Positions 1-9,750 are shown, numbered from the whole stretch's first letter. The stretch: DNA of 62,516 nt, filler included, from 6 parts of 6 records of this genome joined end to end with filler, not necessarily neighbours in it, one strand, 5' to 3'. The notes: generated from the sequence alone by a model not told the origin. Translations and numbers: made by a program.

Positions 1-30
1 CAAAGCGTCTACAAATCTAGGGGCACCTCA
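1..30. mobile_element. Probable terminal inverted repeat of an IS3-family insertion sequence (rest of the element lies beyond the fragment edge)
   Basis: Reverse complement reads TGAGGTGCCCCTAGATTTGTAGACGCTTTG: a 5'-TG terminus and a TGCCCC core like IS3-family ends. MRJP-like similarity starts immediately after nt 30. Only one end is visible. Confidence 0.55.
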
Positions 31-558
31 TATACCAACAACGAACCCAACTTCTTCTTCAACATCGACGACCGCCAGGTTCTGGCCGGAACCCCGATGT
101 TGACGGGGGCGGACGGGATTGCGTTGTCGGGGGACCACGAAACCTTGTACTGGACGAACCTGACCGGCAACCACCTCTACAGCCTGCCCACGGCCCTGCT
201 ACGTGACTTCTAGACCAGTGAAACGGTGATCGAAAACGCCGTGACGGTTGAAACCGCTCTGCCGTCGAATATCGATGGCATGACTGCCGACAACGCGGGC
301 AACATCTACATGACTGCCCTGTCGCTCGATGGCGTCATGCGGTTCGACGAGGCCACTGGTGCAGTGACCCGCTTTGCCCATCACCCCGAGATGAACTGGC
401 CCGACACCATGACCTGGGGGCCGGATGGCAGCCTTTACGTCGTGTCGAACCATCTCCATGTCTGGGTCGACGGCGAGATGAACTTCGAGGATCCTGAGAT
501 CCCGAACTTCCGCATCTGGCGCATCCCGAATGTTGGCCAGCCCTACTTCGCCGAGTAA
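31..558 (+). pseudogene. Yellow/major royal jelly protein (L-dopachrome tautomerase-related, beta-propeller) family gene, 5'-truncated with an in-frame TAG at 211-213
   Basis: Frame 1 reads ...GADGIALSGDHETLYWTNLTGNHLYSLPTALLRDF*TSETVIENAV...DGMTADNAGNIY...MNWPDTMTWGPDGSLYVVSNHLH. Family motifs continue across the stop codon. Confidence 0.75.
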
Positions 559-613
559 GACACCTTAGGGGCCATCCGATCGCCGGATGTCCCCGATCCA
601 ACCAGAGGACACC

Positions 614-1534
614 ATGACCCCCGAAATCCTGTGCCTTGGCGAGCCACTTCTTGAATTCAACCAGCAGCCCGATGGCCGCTATCTTCCCGGCCATGGCGGG
701 GACACCTCGAACGCAGCCATTGCCGCTGCGCGGCAGGGGGCCTCTGTGGGCTATATCACCCAAGTGGGTGCTGACAGCTTCGGCAACAGTTTCATGGAGC
801 TATGGTCTGCTGAGGGCGTTGACACCACCTGCGTCCGGCAGGTTTCCGATGCCCATACCGGGGTCTACTTCGTGACCCACGGACCAGTGGGGCACGAGTT
901 CAGCTATTTCCGTGCAGGCTCCGCCGCCAGCACGATGACATCGGCTGACCTGCCCTTTGATGCGCTGAAAGCCTGCAAGGTCCTGCATGTCTCTGGCATC
1001 AGCCAGGCGATTTCCGACAGTGCCGCAGATGCGGTTTTCGAAGCCATCGACGTGGTGAAAGCCGCAGGAGGCCGCGTCTCGTATGACACCAATCTAAGGC
1101 TCAAGCTTTGGCCTCTGGATCGCGCGCGGGCTGTGACCCACGCCGCGATGACACGCGCCGACATCGCTCTGCCGGGGCTGGAAGATGCCGAGCAGTTGAC
1201 CGGCCTTTCGGATCCCGATGCCATCACCGATTTCTACCTGAACCTTGGGGCCGGGATCGTGGCCTTGACGCTTGGGGGGGAGGGGACATTGGTTGCAACC
1301 TCAGAAACTCGGCAGGTCGTACCTGTACGCAAGGTTAAGGCGGTCGATGCAACTGCGGCGGGCGACACCTTCGACGGTGCGTTCCTTGCGCGGCTTGTCG
1401 CGGGAGACGACCCTTTCGCTGCCGCCAGATACGCCAATGCCGCAGCCGCACTCGCGGTGCAGGGCTATGGCGCAGTGGCCCCGATGCCGCGGGCCGAGGC
1501 AGTGCATGCCTTCCTTGCCGGGGGTGATGCATGA
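614..1534 (+). CDS. kdgK: PfkB-family sugar kinase, 2-keto-3-deoxygluconate kinase-like
   Basis: GGDTSNAAIAAARQG, YDTNLRLKLW and DATAAGDTFDGAF PfkB motifs. GAGGA RBS before ATG 614. Confidence 0.8.
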   Translation: MTPEILCLGEPLLEFNQQPDGRYLPGHGGDTSNAAIAAARQGASVGYITQVGADSFGNSFMELWSAEGVDTTCVRQVSDAHTGVYFVTHGPVGHEFSYFRAGSAASTMTSADLPFDALKACKVLHVSGISQAISDSAADAVFEAIDVVKAAGGRVSYDTNLRLKLWPLDRARAVTHAAMTRADIALPGLEDAEQLTGLSDPDAITDFYLNLGAGIVALTLGGEGTLVATSETRQVVPVRKVKAVDATAAGDTFDGAFLARLVAGDDPFAAARYANAAAALAVQGYGAVAPMPRAEAVHAFLAGGDA

Positions 1535-2235
1535 AACATGCTCTTGTGATTGGCGGCACCCGAGGGATCGGCGAAGGCGTGGTTGATGTGCTGCTGCGCG
1601 AGGGGTGGCGCGTCACCGCGACCGGGATCAGCCGTGCCGAGGTGGATGCCTTTAAGGCGAGTTATTCCGATGCAAAGGCGGAGGTTCTCGATGTCACCAA
1701 TCAGGATCAGGTGACGCAAGTCTTTGCCGGTATCGACAAACTGCACGGACTGGTTAACTGCGCCGGCATCCTGATGCGCGGGCAGGAATATGACATCGAC
1801 GTTTTCGCGCGGGTCATCGACGTCAACCTCACTGGCACCATGCGCTGTTGTCTTGCCGCGCAGCCGCTGCTGGCCAGTCAGGGCGGTGCAATCGTCAATA
1901 CTGCCTCGATGCTGAGCTATTTCGGCGGCCCTCTGGTGCCCGCCTACTCGGCATCCAAAGGTGGGGTGGCGCAGCTGACCAAGGCGCTCGCTGGCAAATG
2001 GGCCGCGCAGAACATACGCGTCAACGCCGTTGCGCCGGGTTGGATCGCCACGGAAATGACTGAAGCTCTGCGTGTCGATCCCGCCCGCAAAGGTCCGATC
2101 CTAGGCCGCACCCCACTGGACCGGTGGGGCACAGCTCGTGAGGTCGGGGAACTCGCCGCCTGGCTCCTTTCGGACAAGGCATCCTTCATCACTGGCGCCG
2201 TCTATCCAGTCGACGGCGGCTATAGCGCAATGTGA
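1531..2235 (+). CDS. Short-chain dehydrogenase/reductase (SDR)
   Basis: GGTRGIG, NCAG, YSASKGG and VNAVAPGWI motifs. ATGA overlap with the kinase gene. Confidence 0.9.
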   Translation: MKHALVIGGTRGIGEGVVDVLLREGWRVTATGISRAEVDAFKASYSDAKAEVLDVTNQDQVTQVFAGIDKLHGLVNCAGILMRGQEYDIDVFARVIDVNLTGTMRCCLAAQPLLASQGGAIVNTASMLSYFGGPLVPAYSASKGGVAQLTKALAGKWAAQNIRVNAVAPGWIATEMTEALRVDPARKGPILGRTPLDRWGTAREVGELAAWLLSDKASFITGAVYPVDGGYSAM

Positions 2236-2242
2236 GGTCACC

Positions 2243-2770
2243 ATGCCCATTCAGAAACCCGATGAAAACCCGCACACCCCATACCAGCTGCCCTTCCCAC
2301 AGGATGCGCTGGAAGAGATCGTGATCCCCAACGCTATCCCGGAAGATGATCGGATCTGGGTTCCGCAGGCCCCGAATGTCTGGTTCCGACCGCTGTGTCT
2401 GAATCGGTCGCAGGGCTACTGGATGAATCTTCTGAAAGTGACGAAATCGGGCGTCCTGTCGCGTCACCGGCACCCGCAGGCAGTGCACGGCTGGGTTCTG
2501 AAAGGGCGCTGGCACTACCTCGAACATGACTGGGAGGCGACGCCTGGATCATACGTCTACGAACCCCCTGGCGAGACCCACACGCTTATTGTGCCTGATG
2601 GCGTTGAGGAAATGATCACTTATTTCCAGGTCAATGGCGTGATGTGCTACGTCGACCCCTACGGCGAGGTGCTAGGTTACGAAGACGTGTTTACCAAGAT
2701 CGACCTCTGCCGCGAGCACTATTCCAAGGTTGGACTGGGGGAGGACTATGTGGAGCAGTTCATAAGATAA
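2243..2770 (+). CDS. 2,4'-dihydroxyacetophenone dioxygenase-family cupin
   Basis: RHRHPQAVHGWVLKGRWHYLEHDW...YVYEPPGETHTL cupin His motifs. GAGG RBS before ATG 2243. Confidence 0.8.
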   Translation: MPIQKPDENPHTPYQLPFPQDALEEIVIPNAIPEDDRIWVPQAPNVWFRPLCLNRSQGYWMNLLKVTKSGVLSRHRHPQAVHGWVLKGRWHYLEHDWEATPGSYVYEPPGETHTLIVPDGVEEMITYFQVNGVMCYVDPYGEVLGYEDVFTKIDLCREHYSKVGLGEDYVEQFIR

Positions 2771-2836
2771 TTATTTTCCGACAGATGGTTGGCAACATGA
2801 TCCACCCAGTTTTCAGGCTCAGCTGTGGCTTTCAGC

Positions 2837-2970
2837 GGTCTTGTCTGAATAACCTGTCTTCAGAAAGGGCAGGGAGCTGGCATGCATCCCTGCATGACCG
2901 AACCCAGCCCTTTCAAGTGGTTCAACACCAGCCCCGAAATCATCCGCCCGGCGTTGGCGTCTCGACGAAC
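2837..2970 (+). mobile_element. Degenerate IS6-family remnant (candidate left IR plus deleted transposase fragments)
   Basis: MTEPSPFKWFNTSPEIIR (from 2894) resembles the N-terminus of Rhodobacteraceae IS6 transposases. It is followed directly, in another frame, by RWRLDE, which resembles the W-R-W-H-L-D-E first-DDE motif. Candidate GG-starting IR at 2837. Confidence 0.65.
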
Positions 2971-3150
2971 AAGAGGCCCTGCGCTACAGCTACTCGCCCG
3001 GCAGCCATCCAGCTGTTGGGCTGAAGGACGGGACACTGTGGAACCACTAGATGCGCCGGCCCGGCCCGAAGCCCTTGTTGCTTCTGCCGGGTCCAGGGGT
3101 TGAATGCGGTTCCGAAACAGGACCAGTGCAGACGTCGCGCGCCCTTTTAG

Positions 3151-3462
3151 TCAGTTTTCAAATCCGAAACGCTGAAGCAGGTCTTCGCGGGTGAAAATCT
3201 CTGGCTCCTGGCCGGGGGGGCGGCGGGTGATCAATTGGTAGCGGCCATCCGGCATCGCTTCGAACCAGGCGATCCCGATGGTGCCAAGCTCCTGCAGATG
3301 CGCCAAATAGGTATCGAGAGACTCGAAGTGCCGACCATCTGCGTGCGGCAAGTCCGTGTCCGTGTCCGTTCCGTTGCCGTGCGCCATTTCCGTCATGAAC
3401 CCGAATCCTCCTGCGATGAAAAATGCTGTGAAACCAGAAACAATGCCAAGCTTGAAATTCAT
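3151..3462 (-). CDS. Small hypothetical exported or membrane-anchored protein
   Basis: 103-aa ORF with a hydrophobic N-terminus and a GGAG RBS upstream. Divergent from the protease gene. Confidence 0.6.
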   Translation of the reverse strand: MNFKLGIVSGFTAFFIAGGFGFMTEMAHGNGTDTDTDLPHADGRHFESLDTYLAHLQELGTIGIAWFEAMPDGRYQLITRRPPGQEPEIFTREDLLQRFGFEN

Positions 3463-3698
3463 CTGATTTCTCCGCTAGATATAAACGTGTCGATTGTCTT
3501 TTCGGGGGAACTTACACAGTCGTCGCCAGCGTCTTCTTTGCCATTTTCTTCTGGTGATGTTGAGAGGACAACGCCCATTCCCCCGTGACTATTTCATGCA
3601 GCCAATGGCTGCGCAAACATTCATACCCGCGCGAGGGTGGGAAACAGCGGATAATTGACGCTGACAACCCATTAGCCGGATGAGAGGAGTAGAACGAG

Positions 3699-5138
3699 AT
3701 GTGTTTGGCCTGTTCGGTATTCAATCCCTTCCAGCTTGACGGCAATTGGCTCCATGAGTTTGGTAGCGAAAACGCGCTGGCGATTTCCGAGACAACCGAT
3801 GCAGCAGGCAACACCTCCACAGGGTACAGCATGTCCTCGGGCGATACGTTTTCGGGAACGCTCGGCTTTGACAATGACTGGGATTGGGTCGAGGTCAATC
3901 TCTCTGCCGGTGTGTCCTACACGTTCACGATGACCGCGGGCAGCATGTCCGATCCCTATCTGTATCTCTTCAATGGCTCCGGGTCGTTCATCACGTCGAA
4001 TGACGACTTCAGCGGCGTCAATTCCCAGATCAGCTATACCCCGACCTCCAGCGGCACCTATTACATCGCGGCCGACAGCTATTACAACAGCGCAGGATAC
4101 ACCGGATCATTCGTCGATACGGGCAGCTACACCCTGTCGATGACCGGCGGATCGGCACCGCCGCCGCCGCCGTCCGGTGACGATCCGCTCGACTCCATCA
4201 CCTGGGGCTACACCGCCCCTTCGGTGATCAATGTCTATTTCGTGCCCGGCGGCGTCAGCTTCGACGACCCCTATGACACCCCGCAAACAACCTCGAGCTG
4301 GAGCACCTACGAACAACAGCAGGCCATGCTGGCCTTCGAGACGTTCGAAAACGTGGCCAACGTGACCTACAACGTGGTGACCAACCCCAATCAGGCCGAC
4401 TTCTTCATGGTCGAATCCACGGACCCGGATTCGTCCCTGGGATATTGGGGGGTCGGCGGCGTTACCGTGTCGATCAACGGGACGACCTACAGCAACCTCG
4501 ACGGCCATGGCGTGTTCTACAATGGCGGCCAGGGATGGTCGACACTGGGTCTGCAACAGGGTGGCTATGGCTACATCACCTTGATTCACGAAATCGGCCA
4601 CGGAATGGGGCTGTCGCACCCTCATGACACGGGTGGCACATCCAGCATCATGAACGGCGTCACCTCCGCATTTGGCGATCTTGGCGATTTCAATCTGAAT
4701 CAGGGCATCTTCACAACCATGAGCTATAATGACGGCTGGCAAACCGCGCCCCATGGCGCAAGCCCGTCGGACAACTATGGTTGGCAGGGCACGCCGATGG
4801 CATTGGACGTCGCCGTCTTGCAGGACATCTACGGCGCGAACATGTCCTACAACACCGGCGACGACACCTATAACCTCTTCATCGCCAACCAGAGCCTTGG
4901 TCAGGATGCGTTCTATTCCACGATCTGGGATGCGGGCGGCATTGACACGATCGTCAATCCCGGCGGGCAAACCTCAATCATCGACCTCAGGGAAGCGCCG
5001 CTGACCTATTCCGCCAATGGCGGGGGCTACGTGTCCTATGTCACGGGCATTCACGGCGGGTTCACCATTGCGGCTGGCGCGGTTATCGAGAACGCGATTG
5101 GCGGCAGTGGCAACGACACGATCATCGGCAATTCCGTG
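3699..5138 (+). CDS. Serralysin-like M10 zinc metalloprotease with N-terminal PPC-type domain (3'-truncated by the spacer)
   Basis: HEIGHGMGLSHPHD Zn motif, TTMSY Met-turn, IWDAGGIDT and IENAIGGSGNDTIIGN serralysin C-region. GAGGAG RBS. Confidence 0.9.
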
Positions 5139-5238
5139 NNNNNNNNNNNNNNNNNNNNNNNNNNNNNNNNNNNNNNNNNNNNTTAATTAATTAANNNNNN
5201 NNNNNNNNNNNNNNNNNNNNNNNNNNNNNNNNNNNNNN
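5139..5238. other. Artificial contig spacer N44-TTAATTAATTAA-N44
   Basis: 100-nt linker with stop codons in all six frames. Gene content and composition change across it. Confidence 0.97.
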
Positions 5239-5545
5239 CCCTAAGGGCTGTGAGCCGTAAATGTACGGGGCTCTTAGCCTCAGGGGCAAAAAAGACTTGA
5301 GCTCCAAGCGGATTCTAACCCTGAACCCGGTGACTAACAAAAAGAAAAAAGCAAGCCGGCGACCGATAAGGAAGCGGCGAAGCGCTCTGCGCGCGAGCGT
5401 CAGAAGAATCGAATTGATGATGCGTGATTGACGGTCCAAGAAGTCCCGTATGCAAAGTAGCTTCCAAATACGATACAATAACCGACACGACAAACCTGGG
5501 CAAACATCCGTGAAATCCATGCCTAAACCTGCGAACCGCAAACCT

Positions 5546-6904
5546 ATGCCAATGCTGAAGTTGCTGACTGTAATTGCCCTGCTGCTGAGTTCGACTGCGG
5601 CGTGGGGACAGTCGGGAATGAGCTTTGAGGAGATGTTCCCGAAGCTGACGCCCTATTTTGCTGACGAGTTGATTGCGGATATTGAGGCGAGTTTGCCAAA
5701 AGGTGCCGGATATAAAATCTGGGGCTGGGATGTGGGTGATTTTTCAGGCGATGGTTTTAACGACTGCGCGATGACGGTGCGAATTGACGGCAACAGAAAC
5801 CGCGAGGTGATGGTCTACTTTTTTGTGGACCTGGAGGGCTTTCTGACGCTGGTGGGGCAGGCGGAGCGGACATTTGTGGATGTGCCGCTCGAAGCCGGTG
5901 TGTCGATTCGCGACAATGCCTGTTATGTGACCAAAAAACACCGGCAGTATGCCTGGGACATCCGTGGGTTCCGCTTTGAGCATGGCGCCCTGCGTGTGCT
6001 GGACGATTTTACGACGCGGCGCAAGGGACGTAAAACGGAAGAAACCTACCGCAACTACGAAACGCTGGTGGGTTTTGACAGAATGATTGACACGCGTAGT
6101 GGCGATGAGCTGGAACGCAGTGAGTTCCTCTCGATACCAACCTATCGGCGTGGGCGCACCATATTTGAAGGTTATAAAACGGACCTGGTCAGTGAGTCAG
6201 TCAAATTTGTGCCCAAGGGCGCGTTTTACTGGACAGGTGAAGAGGACGCGTCCTTCCGGCTGCGTACGGCATATAATGACGCCTACCTGTATTTTCTGGT
6301 AGATGTGCGTGACGACAAGGTTGTGAGTGATAATGGGCTGTTTTACACCTGGGACGGCGTTGAAATTTGGCTGGACCCACTGGGGCCGGCGGCGATAAAA
6401 ACTCGCGACGCGGCGGCGGCAGCGGGGGGGAATAGCCCCAAGGTGGAGCGCGAATCCGAAGAACAAACTGACGGCGTTGGGATTGTCTCGCTGGAAATCA
6501 GTCCCGGCAATTTTGCGGAGCGTGCGCCGGAGTTCTCGGTGGCCAGTTCGGGAGAATTTAACGCGGCACAGAATGCGGCACTGGTAGATGTGCGATTGCG
6601 TGCGCGGCAGACTGAGGAAGGTTATCAGATAAAAATTCGCGTGCCGTTCCAGCTGCTGGGATTTGAGGCTGCGCCGCTGGCGGCCGATGAAATTACTGAG
6701 ATTGGCTGTTCGGTGGTTGTCAAGGATGCGGATAACGGTTTCAGGCCGCGTGAGATGACGTGGATAACAACTTCGGGTCTGGAGACGCTGGATCCGCGCA
6801 CCTATGGCGCGCTGCTGTTGATTCCTGACTCACAGACTTATGGTGAATCGCGCAATATTTATGCCGAAGCGATTGCTGAGCGCCTGAACGCACTCGGATT
6901 TTGA
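5546..6904 (+). CDS. Secreted hypothetical protein with a C-terminal CBM9/DOMON-like sugar-binding domain
   Basis: Signal peptide MLKLLTVIALLLSSTAAWGQ. DFSGDGFND Ca-loop-like motif. AYNDAYLYFLVDVRDD...DGVEIWLD is typical of CBM9-like folds. Confidence 0.6.
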   Translation: MPMLKLLTVIALLLSSTAAWGQSGMSFEEMFPKLTPYFADELIADIEASLPKGAGYKIWGWDVGDFSGDGFNDCAMTVRIDGNRNREVMVYFFVDLEGFLTLVGQAERTFVDVPLEAGVSIRDNACYVTKKHRQYAWDIRGFRFEHGALRVLDDFTTRRKGRKTEETYRNYETLVGFDRMIDTRSGDELERSEFLSIPTYRRGRTIFEGYKTDLVSESVKFVPKGAFYWTGEEDASFRLRTAYNDAYLYFLVDVRDDKVVSDNGLFYTWDGVEIWLDPLGPAAIKTRDAAAAAGGNSPKVERESEEQTDGVGIVSLEISPGNFAERAPEFSVASSGEFNAAQNAALVDVRLRARQTEEGYQIKIRVPFQLLGFEAAPLAADEITEIGCSVVVKDADNGFRPREMTWITTSGLETLDPRTYGALLLIPDSQTYGESRNIYAEAIAERLNALGF

Positions 6905-7032
6905 GGTGGAGAGCCTGAGTTTGAGACAGGCTGCAGGGCGCGTCATTTCACCAATGCGTGGCTGTGAGGCTTTAAGTTTGAGATCCGGCTGCCTGAGAGT
7001 GCGGCAAAGGGATCAAAAAACGGGGAAATAAC

Positions 7033-7064
7033 TTTGGAAAGCAATGAAATGCATCGTAATTTTG
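7033..7064 (+). promoter_or_regulatory. Bacteroidota-type primary-sigma promoter of the atp operon
   Basis: TTTG (7033-36), 20 nt, TAATTTTG (7057-64) matches the -33/-7 consensus TTTG-N19-21-TAnnTTTG. Confidence 0.55.
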
Positions 7065-7131
7065 TAGACTGTATTGTAAGCGAAGAACGCTATAAGTTCT
7101 TTTCCAACACGCGTCCCAATTCCTACTCCGC

Positions 7132-7377
7132 ATGACGCGAAGCAAGCGACCTAATATTATTGCAGAACTGGCGCCCTATTTAGCATTGGGCACACAACTG
7201 GTAGCAACTGTTGCCGTTGTCGGTTTTGCAGGTTGGTATGCTGATTCGCAGATGGAGTCGGCACCGCTCTGGACAGTCATAGGACTGATATGCGGTGCGG
7301 TTGCCGGCCTGTACGGATTCTTACGTCAGGTAAGCGCTTTACAGCGCAAGCGGGATGAGACGCGGGAACGGAGGTAA
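7132..7377 (+). CDS. AtpZ/AtpI-family F0F1 accessory protein (ATPase gene 1)
   Basis: Two TM helices with the GWYAD...PLWTVIGLICGAVAG pattern. First gene of the atp operon. Confidence 0.8.
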   Translation: MTRSKRPNIIAELAPYLALGTQLVATVAVVGFAGWYADSQMESAPLWTVIGLICGAVAGLYGFLRQVSALQRKRDETRERR

Positions 7378-7720
7378 GCTGCTGGTGGATGCTGATTTTT
7401 GGTCTTCCGGGGAAACGTCGGGCATCCTCTACGCATTGGCGCTCTCGGCTTTTTTGGTCATTGCCGGTTATGTAACCGGAATGATCGCTGAGCGCCGCGA
7501 AGTGGAATCCTTTCTCTCAATCGTCATAGGCGGCATGTTTGTCCGCATTTTGATAGCATTGGTGATGGTCTGGGTTCTGGTCGGCTTGGTAGGAGTTGAC
7601 CCTATGTCCTTCTGCCTGACCTTCTTTATCTCCTATTTCATCTTTATGATGACCGAAATTTTTTATGTGAATTATCGCTATGGTGCGATGGTTCAGAAGC
7701 GCAGAGTTAAAATCCAGTAA
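7355..7720 (+). CDS. atpI: ATP synthase protein I-like membrane protein
   Basis: Multi-TM small protein immediately before atpB. Start codon uncertain. Confidence 0.6.
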   Translation: MRRGNGGKLLVDADFWSSGETSGILYALALSAFLVIAGYVTGMIAERREVESFLSIVIGGMFVRILIALVMVWVLVGLVGVDPMSFCLTFFISYFIFMMTEIFYVNYRYGAMVQKRRVKIQ

Positions 7721-7824
7721 TTATACTGGATGAGTGGCAAGCAGAGTACGATGGGGAATTCCCGTACGACTTTGTTTAAGTCCTACCTGCGAATGTTGAT
7801 GTTAAGGCTTAAGCGGAACCCTCT

Positions 7825-8796
7825 ATGGCTGGTAACATAAACGTGCCTCCCGGTCAGGTCTTTAACAAACTTCTCTCCGATTTAGGTGACCACTACGGTG
7901 TCGTAATTGGTCCCTATCACGTTGCCGACCTTCCTTTTATACTGTACGACAAAGGTGAACTTGACGTGTATTTCAGCGCTAACTCGCTGGAAGCTTCGGG
8001 CAAGTGGACGCTGACGCATCCAGATCATCCGCACCATCCGGCGCGCGTTGATTCGGGCGAGTCTGCGGCGCTTGACATGTCGGTTACCAACTTCGTATTC
8101 TTCCAGTTCCTCGGGATGGCAATCATCCTGTCGATCTTTGCCGTGGTCGGCAGCAGGTATCGCAAGAGACCGGACAAAGCGCCTACCGGCATCCAGAATT
8201 GCATGGAAGCCGTCACGACGTACATACGCGACGACGTGGTGCGTGCCAATATCCCTGGGCGTAAGCTGGCAGACAAAATGCTGCCGTACTTTATGTCCAA
8301 CTTCCTGTTCATTCTGGTACTAAACCTGTTTGGTTTGATACCGGGTGGCCACGTGGCGACGAGTGGAATTGGAACCACGACGGCGCTGGCGATAATCGCA
8401 TTTTTTGTGATTAACGTGACAGCCTTCAGGCAGGCGGGTGCGGGGCATTATTTCCATCACTTCCTTGGTGGAGCACCTGCATTCATGGCGCCGATTATGA
8501 TTCCGGTAGAGATCATCTCCCTGTTTGCCAAACCCTTCGCTCTGGCGGTGCGTTTGTTTGCGAATATGACAGCGGGACACGTAGTTCTGCTCTCACTGGT
8601 GGGCTTGATCTTCTACTTTGAATCGATAGTCGTAGCACCGATTTCGATTGCGTTCTCGGTCTTCGTGTACTTCATCGAAATTCTGGTTTCCTTCCTGCAG
8701 GCGTACATCTTCACAATCCTGACGGCCGTGTTCGCGGGACTTGCGATTGGAAACCACGGGGACGACGAACATCATGCTGACGCGGCACATGCCTAA
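7825..8796 (+). CDS. atpB: F0F1 ATP synthase subunit a
   Basis: KPFALAVRLFANMTAGH and LQAYIFTILT motifs. FCB-type N-terminal insert. Confidence 0.96.
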   Translation: MAGNINVPPGQVFNKLLSDLGDHYGVVIGPYHVADLPFILYDKGELDVYFSANSLEASGKWTLTHPDHPHHPARVDSGESAALDMSVTNFVFFQFLGMAIILSIFAVVGSRYRKRPDKAPTGIQNCMEAVTTYIRDDVVRANIPGRKLADKMLPYFMSNFLFILVLNLFGLIPGGHVATSGIGTTTALAIIAFFVINVTAFRQAGAGHYFHHFLGGAPAFMAPIMIPVEIISLFAKPFALAVRLFANMTAGHVVLLSLVGLIFYFESIVVAPISIAFSVFVYFIEILVSFLQAYIFTILTAVFAGLAIGNHGDDEHHADAAHA

Positions 8797-8887
8797 GGCG
8801 CAAGCGGCGACGGTAGAGAATCTGAAAATTTAGACTAGCAACATAACGGGCAACCGTAATATTCACTTTTTCCCGAGGTAAAACTCC

Positions 8888-9121
8888 ATGGAAGCTCTTG
8901 GAATGGCTTGGTTGGCTGCCGGTATCGGCGGTGGTGTAACGGTATTGGGTGTTGGTAATGGTATTGGTCCACTTGTGGCCGCTGCTCTTGAAGCCAGTGC
9001 TCGCCAGCCGGAAAATGCCGGTGACGTGCGTGCAACGATGATTATCGGTGCCGCTCTGATTGAGGGTGTGGCTCTGTTCGCACTCGTTATCTGCGTTCTT
9101 CTGGCTATTAAAGCCGCTTGA
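8888..9121 (+). CDS. atpE: F0F1 ATP synthase subunit c (H+-type)
   Basis: ARQPE loop and ALIEGVALF with the carboxylate Glu. No Na+-binding Q/ES(T) signature. Confidence 0.96.
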   Translation: MEALGMAWLAAGIGGGVTVLGVGNGIGPLVAAALEASARQPENAGDVRATMIIGAALIEGVALFALVICVLLAIKAA

Positions 9122-9264
9122 TGAACGGTATGCCATTTATGGCATACGTCCGTCCGTGATGACTTGGATGTGCGCTCCCGCCAGTCGGGAGCGCACGATA
9201 TGTCCTGACGTGCGGGCAGTTGTATAATTCTGCTATTCACTCTTCAATCTGTGAGTGTCTTGCT

Positions 9265-9750
9265 ATGCTGAATATCTCCCCAGGTCTGATGATCTGGTCT
9301 CTGATCAACTTCGCGATCTTCTTTTTCCTGCTGCGCAAATTGGCCTGGAAGCCGATGCTCAGTGCATTAAAAAATCGCGAGACCAAGATCCAGGAGTCAC
9401 TTGAGGGCGCCGAGCGTGCCCAGGCGGAAGCCGAGCGACTCATCAAGGAGAATGAAACCAAACTTGCGGAAGCCCAGCAGAAGATGATGGAGCTTGTGCG
9501 TGACGGACGGGAGCAGGCTGAGGCCGCTATCCAGAAAGCCACGGAAGAAGCCGAACGCATCAAAGTCACCAAGCTTGAAGAAGCGCGCGCGGAAATCGAG
9601 CGTGAAAAACAAGCCGCAATGACAGCTCTGCGTAGTGAAGTTTCTTCACTCGTCATCGTTGCAACAGAAAAAATTCTCCAGCAGCAGCTTGACAAGGATA
9701 AACAACGTTCACTCGTTGAATCCGTGCTGCAGGACTTTTCGCGTAACTAA
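9265..9750 (+). CDS. atpF: F0F1 ATP synthase subunit b
   Basis: PGLMIWSLINF..LLRKLAWKP TM segment followed by a coiled coil. Confidence 0.95.
   Translation: MLNISPGLMIWSLINFAIFFFLLRKLAWKPMLSALKNRETKIQESLEGAERAQAEAERLIKENETKLAEAQQKMMELVRDGREQAEAAIQKATEEAERIKVTKLEEARAEIEREKQAAMTALRSEVSSLVIVATEKILQQQLDKDKQRSLVESVLQDFSRN

Noticed and set aside
211..213. In-frame TAG as evidence of stop-codon recoding or pyrrolysine
   Set aside because: It is a single instance in a gene already cut by a probable IS end. There are no pyl genes, and neighbouring genes are uninterrupted.
5183..5194. TTAATTAATTAA as a biological palindrome or PacI-related site
   Set aside because: It is identical in all five N-flanked spacers, so it is an artificial linker.
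5239..5286. Hairpin at the start of fragment 2 as a riboswitch or ncRNA
   Set aside because: It folds as an imperfect stem but matches no RNA family I can recognise, and it is truncated by the fragment edge.
5191..5541. ORFs running into N spacers (also 57226-57492 and 56943-57233)
   Set aside because: They are closed only by linker stop codons and have no recognisable motifs.
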